Assembly: GCA_021613535.1 (NCBI GenBank)
Contig: CP075492.1
Coordinates: 7,068,001 to 7,132,000, forward strand
Direction of reading: 5' to 3'
DNA length: 64,000 bases
Origin: Adineta vaga
Taxonomy: Eukaryota > Animalia > Rotifera
This document shows, piece by piece, positions 1 through 13,354 of the stretch. Within the stretch, counting starts at the first letter, position 1, and each line of letters starts with the position of its first letter. The position numbers and the translations under genes were made by a program. Below the pieces are notes generated by a model. It was not told the origin of the DNA. It was given only the letters and a program-made list of their open reading frames with translations, and searched no databases.

Positions 1-45
1 TTTTTTTAACAACCTGAAGGAGAGCACTCGAAAAAGAGAATAACA

Positions 46-2148
46 ATGGTGTTGTCTGTGCTTTTTATTCATCTGATTATATTTATCTGTACTATTCCGT
101 TGGTACGAAATCAACAAACAAATAATTTCTCTTGTGAAATACGACCATCACAAGCAGATACAACAGAGAAATTACGAGCTTTACGTGCTCATTTAATTAG
201 TTACGATCTATTTGCTTATGTCATTTTTTCTCAAGATGAACATGATAGTGAATATGTACAATTATATGATGAACGACGAGCATGGATTACAGGTTTTCTT
301 GGTTCTGCTGGAACTGCTGTTGTTACACGAGATAATGCTGCATTATGGACCGATGGACGATATTGGACACAAGCAGAAGATGAACTTGATTGTAAAAACT
401 GGTACCTTATGCGTCAAGGACAATCAGGTGTACCTTCATTAACTAGTTGGTTGGCAAGTCAAGTTAGTGGTACACCACCATATAATCAAGTTGGTGTGGC
501 TGCTCAGTTTGCTTCATCAAGTTGGTGGTCAGGAGTAAATGATGTTCTTAATTCCAAGAATGCTACATTAGTAGAAGTCAGTGAACTGATTGATTTAATC
601 TGGAAATCACCTGAAAGACCAACAGCTGCAGCTAATCCAGTTTTTCATCATTCAATCGAATATGCAGGTGAGACTTGGAATGTAAGAGTCAATACGATTG
701 CTCAACTTGTACAAGCCAAAAAAGCAGATGCTTTTATTGTAACAGTACTCGATGAAAATGCTTGGTTATTCTGTTTACGTGGTTCTGATATTCCATATAA
801 TCCTTTTTTTAAAGTAGAGATACAAATGTTTATTTTATATTTTTACTAAAATTTTATATTTAGTCTTATGCAATAGTTTATGCAAATGGAACAGCACATC
901 TTTGGATGAATAAAAATCAATTAGATTCATCGGCACAGACGATATTACAAAACGTCAGCATTCATCCATACACATCATTTCTATCCGATCTACTCGTACT
1001 AGCTAATCGAAATGATATATCGAAAATATGGTTTTCATCATCTGCATCTCAAGCTATCTATAATCGAATTCCAGCTGAGAAACGTTTAATTGCGAGTAAG
1101 TCTGCTTAATTTCATAGTTATAATAAAACTATCCGAATTCATCTAGGTTCACCAGTCGAACTAAAGAAAGCAATAAAAAATCCCACTGAACAACAAGGCA
1201 TGCGTAATTGTGGTATTAGAGATAGTGTTGCACGTGTACGACATTTAGTTTGGCTTGAAGATCAATTGAATAAAAATATTTTCATTAATGAAACACGATC
1301 AGCTGATGAACTTGAACGATTTCAAAGCGAAGAACAATTATTTCAAACACTTAGTTTCGATGCAATCTCAGCATTCGGACCCAATGGTGCAATTATTCAT
1401 TACAGTCCAAAAGCAACAACAGCGGCACAAATTACTAAAAGTGGACTTTATTTACTTGATGCTGGTGCTCAATATCTTGATTGTACAACCGATGTTACGC
1501 GTACACATGTTTTCGGTACAGCAACACAAGAACAAAAGAAAGCTTATACACTTGTCTTTCAAGGTAACAACAAAAATGCTACTCTTTGCTTGGAAAACCA
1601 CTTGTTCTTTTTTTCTCTCTTTGCCAGGTTCGACTGATTTAGCCGATGCAATCTTTCCATATGGAGTCTACGGTCGAAGTCTTGATATTCTAGCTCGTCA
1701 ATCTCTTTACAAGAATTTTATGGACTATAATCATGGTACTGGACATGGCATTGGCCATTATCTTTCTGTTCACGAAGGTCCCTCATTTATTTCTATGGGT
1801 TATAGTTCAAGTGATATTCCGTTGATAGATGGCTTAGTATTTTCTGATGAACCTGGTTTCTATCTACCAGGTCAATTTGGTATTCGACTTGAAACGGATA
1901 TTATGGTGAAAAATTATACATTAAAAAATAATTATGGTGGTTCAACTGCACAATTTCTTCATTTTGAAATGTTAACCTGGGTTCCATTTGAACGAAATTT
2001 AATTATTTGTGAAATGCTAACACAAGCCCAGAAAGATTGGGTTAATTGGTACCATTCAGAAGTACGAAAGAAGCTTGAAAATACAGGTCGATTAAATGAC
2101 AATGAATTAGTTTATCTTCGAGAGAAAACACAAGAAATCAAGTGCTAA
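46..2148 (+). CDS. Secreted Xaa-Pro aminopeptidase (aminopeptidase P, M24B), 4 exons
   Basis: Signal peptide; motifs DEHDSEY, WITGFLGSAGT, LWTDGRYW, DAGAQY-D-TTDVTRT, HGTGHGIGHYLSVHEGP, SDEPGFY, GIRLE. GT-AG introns 814-863, 1096-1146 and 1564-1627 join the ORFs in frame. Confidence 0.95.
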
Positions 2149-2536
2149 AAAAAACATATATCTAATAATTGAATTTCCTTTTCTTTTTAATAAAAAAACA
2201 TCCATAACTCACTATTCAATTGAATGAAATAAAGATATAAAAGGTATTCCTTTTCGTATATTTTGGTTAATTTCTACATCAAATATAAGGCTGTTTTCAT
2301 ACGGTATGTTAAAAAAGTTTGATATAAATATAATATGCGATATTTTATTTATGAAATTTCGTTTCAATAAACAAATATTGAAGATTACAATAAAACACAA
2401 ATACAAGAAATATTGTCACAAAATATTTTCTCACTGTTGACATACAAGAAATCTACAGAATACGTTTCATCTATTATCACATTTATATATATAAAATCGA
2501 TATAAAATAGGGATTGCCATTCGTTAAGATGAACAT

Positions 2537-4041
2537 TCATCTGACTTGATATGCTACAATTGATGCATGATCTAATTTGCCAGGAATTTTACCAACTTTA
2601 TTTCGCATTTTTAATTCAAATTTACTACGATCGGAACCTTCAGTTTCTTCATTCTCACGAACACCTTGTTCTATCGTTTGTCTTAATTCATCTGTTAATC
2701 GAAGTACATATTTCATCAAACGATTACATAGTTCTCGAGCATTCATTTGTTCTCCATTACTAGCAATCGATAGTTGCATTTGATTCAGACTAGATAAATG
2801 TCTTTCGTACGCAGTCATTAACACAGGTGGTGTTGTCGATATTGTATTACTTGATTTTCGAGCAAGCAATGGAGTTTTAACACTCGCTGCAATACCACTT
2901 ACACATGGATCGAAATTATCACTAATTCCGTCAGTTGTTAAAAATACAAAATCACCCTGATCGACTTCCATTAATGAATATGTTAAATTGGCTAGATCAG
3001 CTTTTTCATCCATTGTCGTTCCCAACGCACCACCTGGTGAACGCATATCACGTTCATTATTTAGATCACGAGATCCTAGAAGAATACTACAATAAAATAT
3101 CAAGAAAAAAAGAAAAGATCAAAATAACCCTGAGTTAATTCGAAGACAGCTCTTTGTTTTCGACTATATACATATGCATTCGAATCACCAACAATTGCGG
3201 AACATACTAACCAACAACGATTCGATGGACATATGATACTCATTGTTAATGTTGTTAACGAACCTTCACTTTTGAAAATTAATTGTTGAGCTGCTTCAAT
3301 TGCTGCTCGAATTCGTTCAAAAACATCCTGTAAAGACAAACCTTTGTCATAACTTCAAACAAAACTAACTCTTACTCTTGTTGTAGATAACTTCTTGTCA
3401 AATAAATCTTGATTAAGACAAGTCATGGCACCATGTATTGCACATCGAGCAGCAAGTCGAGCTTTATATCCCCAATTCACACCATCAGCAATCATTAAAA
3501 TAGCATTATTTTCCTGAGCACATATTCCAAAACAATCAGCAATAGGTTCACCTTGAATGAAGATACATTATTTCATTACAAAGGAAAGCAAAATTCATTG
3601 TTTTACCATTCAATTCTCCCGTAAATGGATTACGATCATACAGTGATGTTGATAAACCACAAGCAAATTCATCATTAGGAATTTGCCAATCGTATTGTCC
3701 AGCAACTTTGATTGATTTATTTACTTTCAAAATTCCTTTTTCTATAGAAAATTTCATAGTCAAAGATTGATGATTGAAAAATAATTCGTTTACTTTGATG
3801 TCGAGCAATATCGACTAAACCAACATCTGGACCTGATTCACAAGCAATAGTATTTTTACTTAATGGTGAAATAATTTCTACAGGTAATTGTAAATAGTTG
3901 TCATTTGCATAGAGTTGATAACGTTGAAGACGATTCGATGGTGAGAAACTTAAATCAAACAATCTTCATTATAAATTTCAAATCAAAATCAACTTACAAT
4001 GAAGCAACTTTTTGCCAAATATAACGTCTTTCTGTAGTCAT
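2537..4041 (-). CDS. PP2C-like domain protein (Drosophila CG9801-like), multi-exon
   Basis: Spliced motifs [53 protein letters not shown]; ATG at 4041. Confidence 0.85.
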
Positions 4042-4114
4042 CTAGAAAGGAGAAAAGAAGCTATCACAAGTGATAAACGAATAACAGTAGTGTAACAAAA
4101 GACAAAAGACAATT

Positions 4115-4513
4115 TTATTTTGTTTCTGTTAAAATCGCTGGTAAAGTACATGAAATTGTAATTGTCGATACCCAACGTGTATCACTCATTGGTTCCAAAT
4201 CATCTAATAAAGGCATTAAATGATCAGTAACTTCGATACTTGCTATTGATGTCTGTAATTGACAATTCGTTTTCAACTGAAATTGTAATGCCAAATTAAT
4301 TGTTCGTTGTAAAGCTGAACCCATACCATAGATTGTTATTTCTCGATAATTTCCATTCGATGATATTAATTTCATACAACGTTCTAATTGTGCTTTGAAA
4401 TTTGTTTTACGTGTAACGTAAATATCATTTGGACGTTTTGAAAATTGTTTATTATTTAAACGTTTAAATATTGAATATTCTTCAGGATCACGATGAAATT
4501 TTTCTTCACTCAT
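4115..4513 (-). CDS. POP7: RNase P/MRP subunit Rpp20 (Alba-like), intronless
   Basis: RPNDIYVTRKTNFKAQLERC...EITIYGMGSALQRTINLALQ matches the Rpp20 consensus. Confidence 0.9.
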   Translation of the reverse strand: MSEEKFHRDPEEYSIFKRLNNKQFSKRPNDIYVTRKTNFKAQLERCMKLISSNGNYREITIYGMGSALQRTINLALQFQLKTNCQLQTSIASIEVTDHLMPLLDDLEPMSDTRWVSTITISCTLPAILTETK

Positions 4514-4543
4514 CTAGAATAAAATCGAGAAAAATTAAGAAAC

Positions 4544-5121
4544 TTATTTTAAATTAGGTAATGATGAACCAAAATAAATTCTTAAATCATTTAATGTAGT
4601 ACGAACAAGTTTAGCACGAATAGTTTGCGAATTTAAACGTTTATAAGCTCTGAAAACAATGATATTCAATTGATGAAGAAGAATAAACATAGAAAATATT
4701 GCTATCTTACTCCCAACGATGGCAGCCACCCATTGCAAAAAAATAATTATTTTTCGAATCAGGTGCTTCATACCAAAGAATATCAATTGGTGGAACTTGA
4801 TTAGTTTCCATTGTCTATAGGAAGAGAAGTACGATAAATACTTTAATGAGGAAAAAGTATAATTATTTTTACTTGAATAGTTTCCATTAGTGATTTAACT
4901 TTGTTTTCATCGAGTATTGATGGCAATGGACGTGTTATGTCTTTCATCGGTATATTGTAGATTGTGTCGATTGATGCAGAATGAATTGATGATGATGACG
5001 ATGATGATGATGAAGAGGAACAAGCATTATTACTTAACGATGAACTTGTTTTCATTGTCAAGTAAATGGAAGGAAATAGAGTCGTAGAAAATAAATTTAA
5101 GTAAATAAATCTTGTCAACAT
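4544..5121 (-). CDS. SRXN1: Sulfiredoxin, 3 exons
   Basis: IPMKDITRPLPSILDENKVKSLMETIQ | VPPIDILW...YFFAMGGCHRWE | AYKRL...DLRIYFGSS; catalytic GCHR motif present. Alternative ATG at 5055. Confidence 0.92.
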
Positions 5122-5243
5122 AATAGAATTTTCTTTTTTGAATGATCAAATTATAATCGAGCAGAGCCGAGCAAAGCAAGATAATGAGTCATCATTCAAT
5201 TGACGATTCGTGAACGTATAGCGACATCTTATTGATATGTAAG

Positions 5244-5265
5244 AATGAATGAATGAATGAATGAG

Positions 5266-5296
<31 letters not shown>
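5244..5296. repeat. (GAAT)n and (GAT)n microsatellites
   Basis: Directly visible tandem gaat and gat units. Confidence 0.9.
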
Positions 5297-5297
<1 letters not shown>

Positions 5298-6020
5298 GTT
5301 AGAAATTCTTTTGAAGAATTTCATGATAAATGACGAAAAAGTCAAAAGCTGAAATATGTTAATTTTACATAATAACTCTTCATTTGTATCATAGTACTTG
5401 TAATCTTCCTTTGATCTACAAACTTGAATTATTCACTAAACTTATAATCATAAGGAAATACACATTAGTATGTTAACAAATTGTTACTTACGAGTGTTTG
5501 TTCTATCAAAGCATAACTGCTAGTAAATGCCAAGCTCTCTCTCTTGAGTAATAGAGAGAGAAATCGCATATGCTCCCTTTCCTGTACAGACATTTCCTTC
5601 TGTCGTTTCTTATCCTTTTTACAACTAGCACGAAGACCTTAACATCGTTTCATCATCCAACATACACACACATCAATAGTTCCTGACACTTTATTGATTG
5701 ACTCGTTGTAGTGTACTGTTTATTCTGTTGTATCAACAATGAAAAAAATCTGGTTGCTGATTAAAATCATATGTGACCATTGTTTATTTCTACATTTGAT
5801 TTGTTGGTGTTTTCTCTCAACCATAAGAAGTTTTGAGGTCTTTTTCTATCTTTTGAAGGATTTAAATCCATTTCAAGTTTTTGATAAAAGTTGTTTATTT
5901 TTAAGAGAAAATGAAACAGAACATCATTCGTTATCTATTTTATGTGCACAAAGAATTCACACATGTTTAGAAAATGGACCGTCATTTGATTAATTTGTTC
6001 ATAACATGTTTTGGAAAATT

Positions 6021-7985
6021 TTAACGAAATTCTAATTGACCTTCGACGCCGTCAATTTCAGGAATAGTCATACCATTTTGAAGTAGAAACGTACGTTTTA
6101 TATAAGCATAAAGTAAATCAGAAATCAGAAATGTCTGAAAAGAAAACAGTTGAAAAATTTAGAACTCGATCGCTTTTTACATTAATATTTCTTACCTGAG
6201 CAACGTTGAAGACCATTGTCATTGCAAAGTAAAAATTAGCATTTGCACTTCCTGTATATATCCACAAGTACCATGTTATTGGTGCCATTAAAACAGCGAT
6301 CAATACCATACAAATAATTATTAAACTATGTCGAACATCTATACATGTATAAAACAAAAATCATTCATTTGAAATGACGAAATTTTCTTCTATTTACATC
6401 GAAAAAGAAAACTCCATATGGGTAGATAATTGAAATAGAATGTTGCATCACCATAAGCTGGATATGATTTAAATGTGCAAAAGATTGCACACAGAAGCCA
6501 AAAGAAGAATATTGGATCTTTTCTAGAATACGAAAAAAAACACCCCCAAATAATCAATTCTGCTTAAATCAGTTCACCATACCGTAATCGAATAGCAAAG
6601 GGAAATAGATAAAGTAAGAGTACATGCATTTGAAATGTCCAAACAAATAATGAACGAAAATGATCGAACATTTCGGTAAAAAAATACCAAAAGATTCCGA
6701 CATTTGGTGTATAATCTGGTACATGAAATCTATTAGAACAAACGAGTTAAAAAATCGTATAGAAAAGAAAATGACTTACATGAAACTATAGGTTGATTCA
6801 AGAAATGACCATGATTGATGATTAAGAAAGAAATTAAGAAAAAGTACACTAGTACTAACAATTGCAAAAAGAATAATCACAAAGAATGCACGAATAATTG
6901 AATGATTATTCTAAAAGAATAATAAAACATTAAATTCTTTCATAGTTAACAAAATTTACAGATTTAGTTTTGGAAAATTGCAATAAAGCTGGTACAATTA
7001 AAACAATAGGATAGAATGAAATTGAACTAGTTACAGCTAATATTATTATAAATGGTACCAATTGATCTAAAGATTCAATTCTTTGGAAATCTTTCATAAG
7101 AATAAAAGAAAATCTTACATGTGGTAAAGAAATAAAATGTCATAGTCAATAATAGATTATGAAAAACTAAACTTGATTTAGCTAGACATGTACCAATACC
7201 CAAGGGATTTATCATTGTACTATTAAAATAAGTATAAAACAATTGATTGAAGAAGAAAATTAGAAAGACTATCATACCATAACAGAACAGCTAATGCACT
7301 TTTTTCAACATTCTCTTTTGTTAACCATAAGGATTTGCTGTCTTCTTTATACGTTGCCTTTTCTTTGACTTCTTGTGCAAACTATGAACAAGAGAATTAG
7401 TTTTTTCTAATTCAAACGATGACATACAGTACTTACAAGTTCTGTTAAAATTCGACGTGCTATTTTGTAGGTGAATAAACCAATTAGAAGATCAGCTATC
7501 TAAATAATACAAATGAAATATGTATTGTGAACTTATAAATAAATGAGCACTATTTACAATAAATAAACCTTCGATATGTCCTTGTGTTAATGCATGTAGT
7601 TTGGAATAGAAGAAAAGTGATAGCGGTGTCTAAATAGAAGAAGAAATATACGGTTAAACTTTAATCGTGAACAATTGAAAATGAATTAGAAAAGAATTTC
7701 AATAGGAAAACTGTCTTTACATACTTCATGTACAACAGAACCAACAAATGGTGAAACGTTTAGTTTCTGTAAGTAAATTCCTTCAATAACTATAGAAAAA
7801 CAACAACAACAACATCATCAAACTTTTATTGCTATTCATCAATATTTACCTCTTTTCCATGAAGTCAATGGTGTTACAAATTCACCACTATCTTCAAAAT
7901 AATTCCTGATTCTTGTTTGAAAGAAAAGAAATACTCGTAACACAAGACCTATACCAATATAGGCTGTTTCAATTCTATCTAACAT
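6021..7985 (-). CDS. PIGU: GPI transamidase subunit PIG-U, multi-exon
   Basis: N-terminus EFVTPLTSWKR|VIEGIYL...SPFVGSVVHE; internal PNVGIFWYFFTEMF and FKSYPAYGD; C-terminus WYLWIYTGSANANFYFAMT. Confidence 0.92.
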
Positions 7986-8179
7986 CTTGAAAAAAAATTT
8001 ACAATAAAATATTTTGTTTTATTTTTAGAATAAAGAAGATTTAACGAATACATAAAGAAAACTCAGATACATAATTATTTGAGATTTAGTTTAATAAAAA
8101 CACACGCACATACACATACACATACACATAAAGAAACTGTTTAGATGAAAATGACTAGAGAGTCCCAGATACACATGAA

Positions 8180-11100
8180 TCATGGCTGGAATGCATCATA
8201 ACAGATAGAACCGGTTGTTACTTAGACGAAAAATAGAAATAATTATAAGAAAACATGATTTTCTGAAGAATCATCACGAGATGTTTGTCGTGATGACCTG
8301 CTGCTCTACTTAATTCTTCAATAATTGGATTAGAAACTATTGAAGACTTTCGTGGTGAACGAACAGACGTTTTTGCATTGTCATTTGCATCATCTTTATT
8401 TTCTTCATTCATACTTTTTTGTACTATATTTTGTCGTTTTCCTTTTCGACGATTTTTTATACCCATTTCTTTATCCATCATATCCTCTAATGTTCCATGA
8501 TCAACAACAGTTGATATCGGTGCAATTGATATATCACGTACAGCACGAAATTCTCCGCAATTATTCAGATGTTCGTTTTCTAAACGAAAATAATTCCAAA
8601 TAAAACGACGAAAAATCTCGATTAAACCAAAGATAAAACCAATAACATCTGCATATTCAGCTGAACGTGTTCGAAATTGCATAAAAACATTTATAATCCA
8701 TATATAACGAAAGAGAATATTCTCTACAATAGCCGCATAATAGTAAAATCTTGATGGATAAACAATTTGATCACGTAGAAATTTATTTTCACCTGCATTT
8801 TTATCAAAAAATCCCCAATCCATTTTTAAATCCCAAATAACTTTATATGTTGCACCAATAAATGATGCAATAATCCAAATATATAAAAATGGATTTGATG
8901 TTGGATTATCTAGATAATGAATCGCTGTTGCACGACGTGCTGCATTTGTACCAGTAACAAAAAATCCACTAGCATATTTACCAGCATTGACTAAATGTGG
9001 AAATTTTTGTTTCGTATCTCGATAACGTCTTAAACATTGTGCAAAACGAAACCATGATGGTAATACCATGAGAGCTGTTTGCAAAAGAACTTGAGGCCAA
9101 CCGTGACAAAGTATTCCACGTGTTGGAGATGAAGAATAGACTGGCCACCATCCAACATCATAAATATAGAAACAAAAGAAATATTCAATATCGAAAAAGA
9201 TCAATTCAAGTGATGTTAATTGATCACCAAGCCAAAAGTCAGCGAAACCAATACGATAAAATGGTGCGCAAATAACTCGACCTAAAGTTTTGAGAAACCA
9301 AAATCGAGCATGATGATAAAGCGTATGTGTTGGATTGAATAGAAATAAAAGAATTAATGTAACAAAACCAAGTGGTTGTATAAATGGATGAAAATCAAAA
9401 TAAGATGATAAAATAAATCCTGTAAAACTTAAAAACCATAAGACAAAAAGAAAAGTACCAAATTCAAGAAATTGTTGATAAGTTAAATGATTTCGTGGAT
9501 CAATTTCAAATATAAGAACATGATTGACGCCTGATGATGACCATCCGTAAACATTTATACCGACTAGAACAATATGAAGGACAACAAGAAAGGTTGACCG
9601 ATAGAGAAATAGTGCTTGTCGCCAAGCAAGTGGCTTCGTTGATTGACTATCATGAAGACTAGCTCCAAGAGCAATAACAGCAGGAAGTAAAAGACAAATC
9701 ATTCCTAGAGAGAGAGAGGGAGAGAAGAAAATCGTAGTATTGCTAAAGAGAAGAAAGTCTTTTACATTCGTACCAACGAAAACTCCGACACGAAATGTAA
9801 CAGCAGGTGATTGTTTTTCTTCCAATGGTGGTACACGTAAACGTTTCATTGCACGAGCTCGATCGCCTGATTCTAATGTATCAGTATACAAAGTTTCACA
9901 ATCATTTATTAACTGTTCAACTCGTTTCGATGTATGAAAAGGAGCTGAATCAATATGTAACTTTCTAGAATCCAATGATCATTCTTTTTTTTTCAAATGG
10001 AAACTAAATAGAAGAAATCGTTTTCTTACCGCCATTCTTCACCGCGTGCCGTTTGAAATAATTTATCATGTTTTTTTAATATTTTACGAAAGCCTGTGAA
10101 ATTCAATGTTTGATAATTTTGTAATAAAACTAACATTAAATAAAATTCACTGAAAGCTAATTTTAAATCATTTCGTTTTCGATATTGAACACGTTGTGTT
10201 TGTTTTTCACGAGTTTTTTCTACTAGTCGTTCTGGTAATACACGTGTTAATGGTGCCATAACAGTATGATCTTCTGAACGACGTTTAATTGTAGATGATT
10301 TCGTTTCATCATGTTGGTCATTATTGACAGATGCTTCAGCACCCGATGCACCTGAACGATGAGATACATGACGACGAGCTTGTTCCATATGACCAACCTC
10401 ATTTTTCAATGTTTCCCATCGTCGTAATGCTCTATTAAAATCGAACGATTTATATAACGTTTGTTAAATCATCACTGGATTTAGTGTTTACTGGAAATAT
10501 ACTCAAATTTAGCAGCTGATAAACTCATCGTACAATTCATACAGTCAGCTGTAAAGTTATTTTCGTAGGATTAAACTTGACATTTATATTAACCTTACTA
10601 TTGAGAACAAATATCAGGTGGTTAACAAACTAAACAATCGATACTCAAATCAAAACATGGAAAGTACGAAACGACTACAAGAATAAGATATATCTACACA
10701 TAAGAATCAATCATTACTATGACTTTAATTTCGGATTGATATCGATAAAGATAGGAATCACTTTATAGACAATAATATCAAAGAGTGTGCTATAGTTTTT
10801 GATTCTCATACATAAACGGCAATTGAAAAATAAATTTGACTTTGCATATACCTTTAGGCAAATCTTATTATCATTTTTGGTGTTATAAAAGCCAAAAAGA
10901 AATCGATTTACTTACTCAGCAAGTTTTTCTGCAAAAAATGTATTGATTTTCGTTGCTTCTTTTTCACAATACTACATGACAAAAACGTAAAAAGGCAGAT
11001 ATTGATGGTTGATTTTGTAGATTTTTACCTGGAAAAAATGTTCATCAACACGGATGAAAAATTGCTCACGTAAAACATTATCACTATCATCAACAAAAGG

Positions 11101-11211
11101 TTGTGCTTTAGCAACGGCTTGTGCCAATAATTCTTTCATATCATCATAACGAATATATTGACTATTCCATTCGGGTGTAACATGTGCTGATAAATGTTCG
11201 GCAAATTTCAT
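8180..11211 (-). CDS. XPR1: SPX-EXS phosphate exporter XPR1, multi-exon
   Basis: SPX start [22 protein letters not shown]; [15 protein letters not shown]; EXS motifs [10 protein letters not shown] and [27 protein letters not shown]. The last exon (stop about 8180) is inferred. Confidence 0.95.
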
Positions 11212-11668
11212 CGTAACACTATTCTTTCAAGTAAATATCATTTAGAATGACTGTCTAGGGATAAAAAAAAAGAAACGAAATATCAATAAGTTGATTTGAA
11301 AGAGAAAAGGATTTATTTGCTTAACAAAGCTATTTCTTTCGTGTTCTGTTAAAGAAATGAATGATATTTATATACATATACATAGAATCAAGATAAATGA
11401 GTTGAGTCAAAAAAAAAGAAAGAAGAAAAAAAGAGAAATGCCGAGTACGAAAGAGAAAACGAAGAAAAATAAGAGTGTCTACGTAATAATCAACTTTTGT
11501 CTTTTACGTACAATAGAAAATTGCTCATGCAGAAAAATCTAAAACGTACCGAATGAATTTGATCTAAGTTGATATGATTAATGAGATAAATTAATATCTA
11601 GAAAAAAAACAATAACAAAAACAAAATGTTTGTTATATTTTTTGGAACAAGAATATTTCTTATTATTT

Positions 11669-13266
11669 TTATCGTCGCCAAAGTTTTAATACTTTATCTT
11701 TTCCACCACTAGCAACTTTTTGTCCATCAGGACTATAATCAACTGCATAGATTTCATCCGCATGACCGGGTAAATCGAAAAGAAGACAACGTTTTTCAAT
11801 ATTCCAAATTTTCAATGTACTATCAGCACTACCCGAAACAAGTAAACGAGAATCAGCTGACCAAGCTATTTGATAAACAGCTTGTACATGACCACGTAAT
11901 GTTGATAGAAAAGCACCAGTACGACTTGACCATAATTTAATCGATTTATCAAAACTAGCTGATGCTAATAGACGTGTATCTGGAGAAAATTTCACATCAT
12001 TGATTAATTGTTGATGACCTGTCATACGTGCTAAAGGTTTCTTATCCGTTTCAGGTTTCCAAAGATAAAGTGTAAAATCATCCGAACCAGATACTAATCG
12101 TTCACCACCATTAGTATCAAATAATTTATAAACTTTTTCATATCTTTCAAGTGCTAATGTTTGCAATGTTGTTTCATCAAGATCTTCATAATCATCGGAT
12201 GCACGTTCTTTCGATGGTTCATATGCACCCGTTCGTAAAACATAATCTGTTGATAATGCAAGTGTATTAACCCAATGTGCATGTCCTTCTAGTGTTCGAC
12301 AGAGAACACCATCTGTTGTACGCCAGACTTTGATTGTACGATCTTGTGATGCTGAATAGAGTAGATTTTGTCCACCCCATTTAATACATGTTACTGACGC
12401 TGTATGACCGCTGAGTGTAAGCATACATTTAAATAAATGTGTATCCCAAAGTTTAATTGTTGTATCTTTACTGCCCGATGCTAATAGACGACAACTACCA
12501 TTTAAATGTAATGGTTGCCAACTTAAAGAATTTATCCATTGACGATGACCAGATAATAATTTTGTACCTAGAAAATCGTAGTTAGTATTCAGATATCTAC
12601 GTGAAATCACAATCGAAAACTTCTATATGCCAAATAAATTGTCTCTTCTGGAAAGAAAAAAGAAAAAAAAAGATTCTATTTACCATGTTGTTTCCCTGTT
12701 GCACCAATCCATAAACCAATAAGTCCTTGTTTACATGATGATGCTACAATTTTCCCATTCGGTGCCCAACTTAAACATAATATCCAATGTTTATGTGCTT
12801 TACCATATTCATCAAATGGTGTTTGTGTATTCAAATCCCAAAATCGAACAGTCGTATCTCCACTACCGGATGCTAAAAGTCTTCCATTGGGACTAAATTG
12901 TAAAATGGTAATGGCTTCTAAATGTCCTTCAATTGTTGCCGTACATCGTTCAACTGGTATAACTTGAAATCGTGCTTTAGGAACACAAACAATATTTAAA
13001 GTTTTTTCAAACATTTGTTTATTTGTTTGTTCTTGAAAATATTTTTCTAATGATTCTTTTATTTCAATTTCATCAACATAAAATGAATAGGGAATGGCAT
13101 CATTGCTATCATTTGATGTCAATGCTTCTTGTGCTTGAGCAAGTCCATTAGCGACGCTATTCAATTGACGAAGATTGACCATTAAAGGTATTTCAACAGG
13201 TCCACCAAGTAAAGTTCCATTTTCAAGTTGAAACTGACTGAGAATTGCTTTATCTGATGATGACAT
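11669..13266 (-). CDS. NLE1: Notchless homolog (WD40 ribosome assembly factor, Rsa4), 2 exons
   Basis: N-terminal NLE domain (PYSFYVDEIEI), WD40 repeats, GHAHWVNTLALSTDYVLRTGA, ERLVSGSDDFTLYLW, ASGGKDKVLKLWR. Confidence 0.95.
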
Positions 13267-13354
13267 GATCACTTGATGAATAATTTTATACTTATATAAA
13301 ACAAAAAGAAAAGAATGATAAACAAAACTGAGGGTAAATTCGACTAAATTATCT

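Noticed and set aside
1288-1627. Apparent overlap or frameshift between the aminopeptidase ORFs
   Set aside because: Explained by the ordinary intron at 1564-1627.
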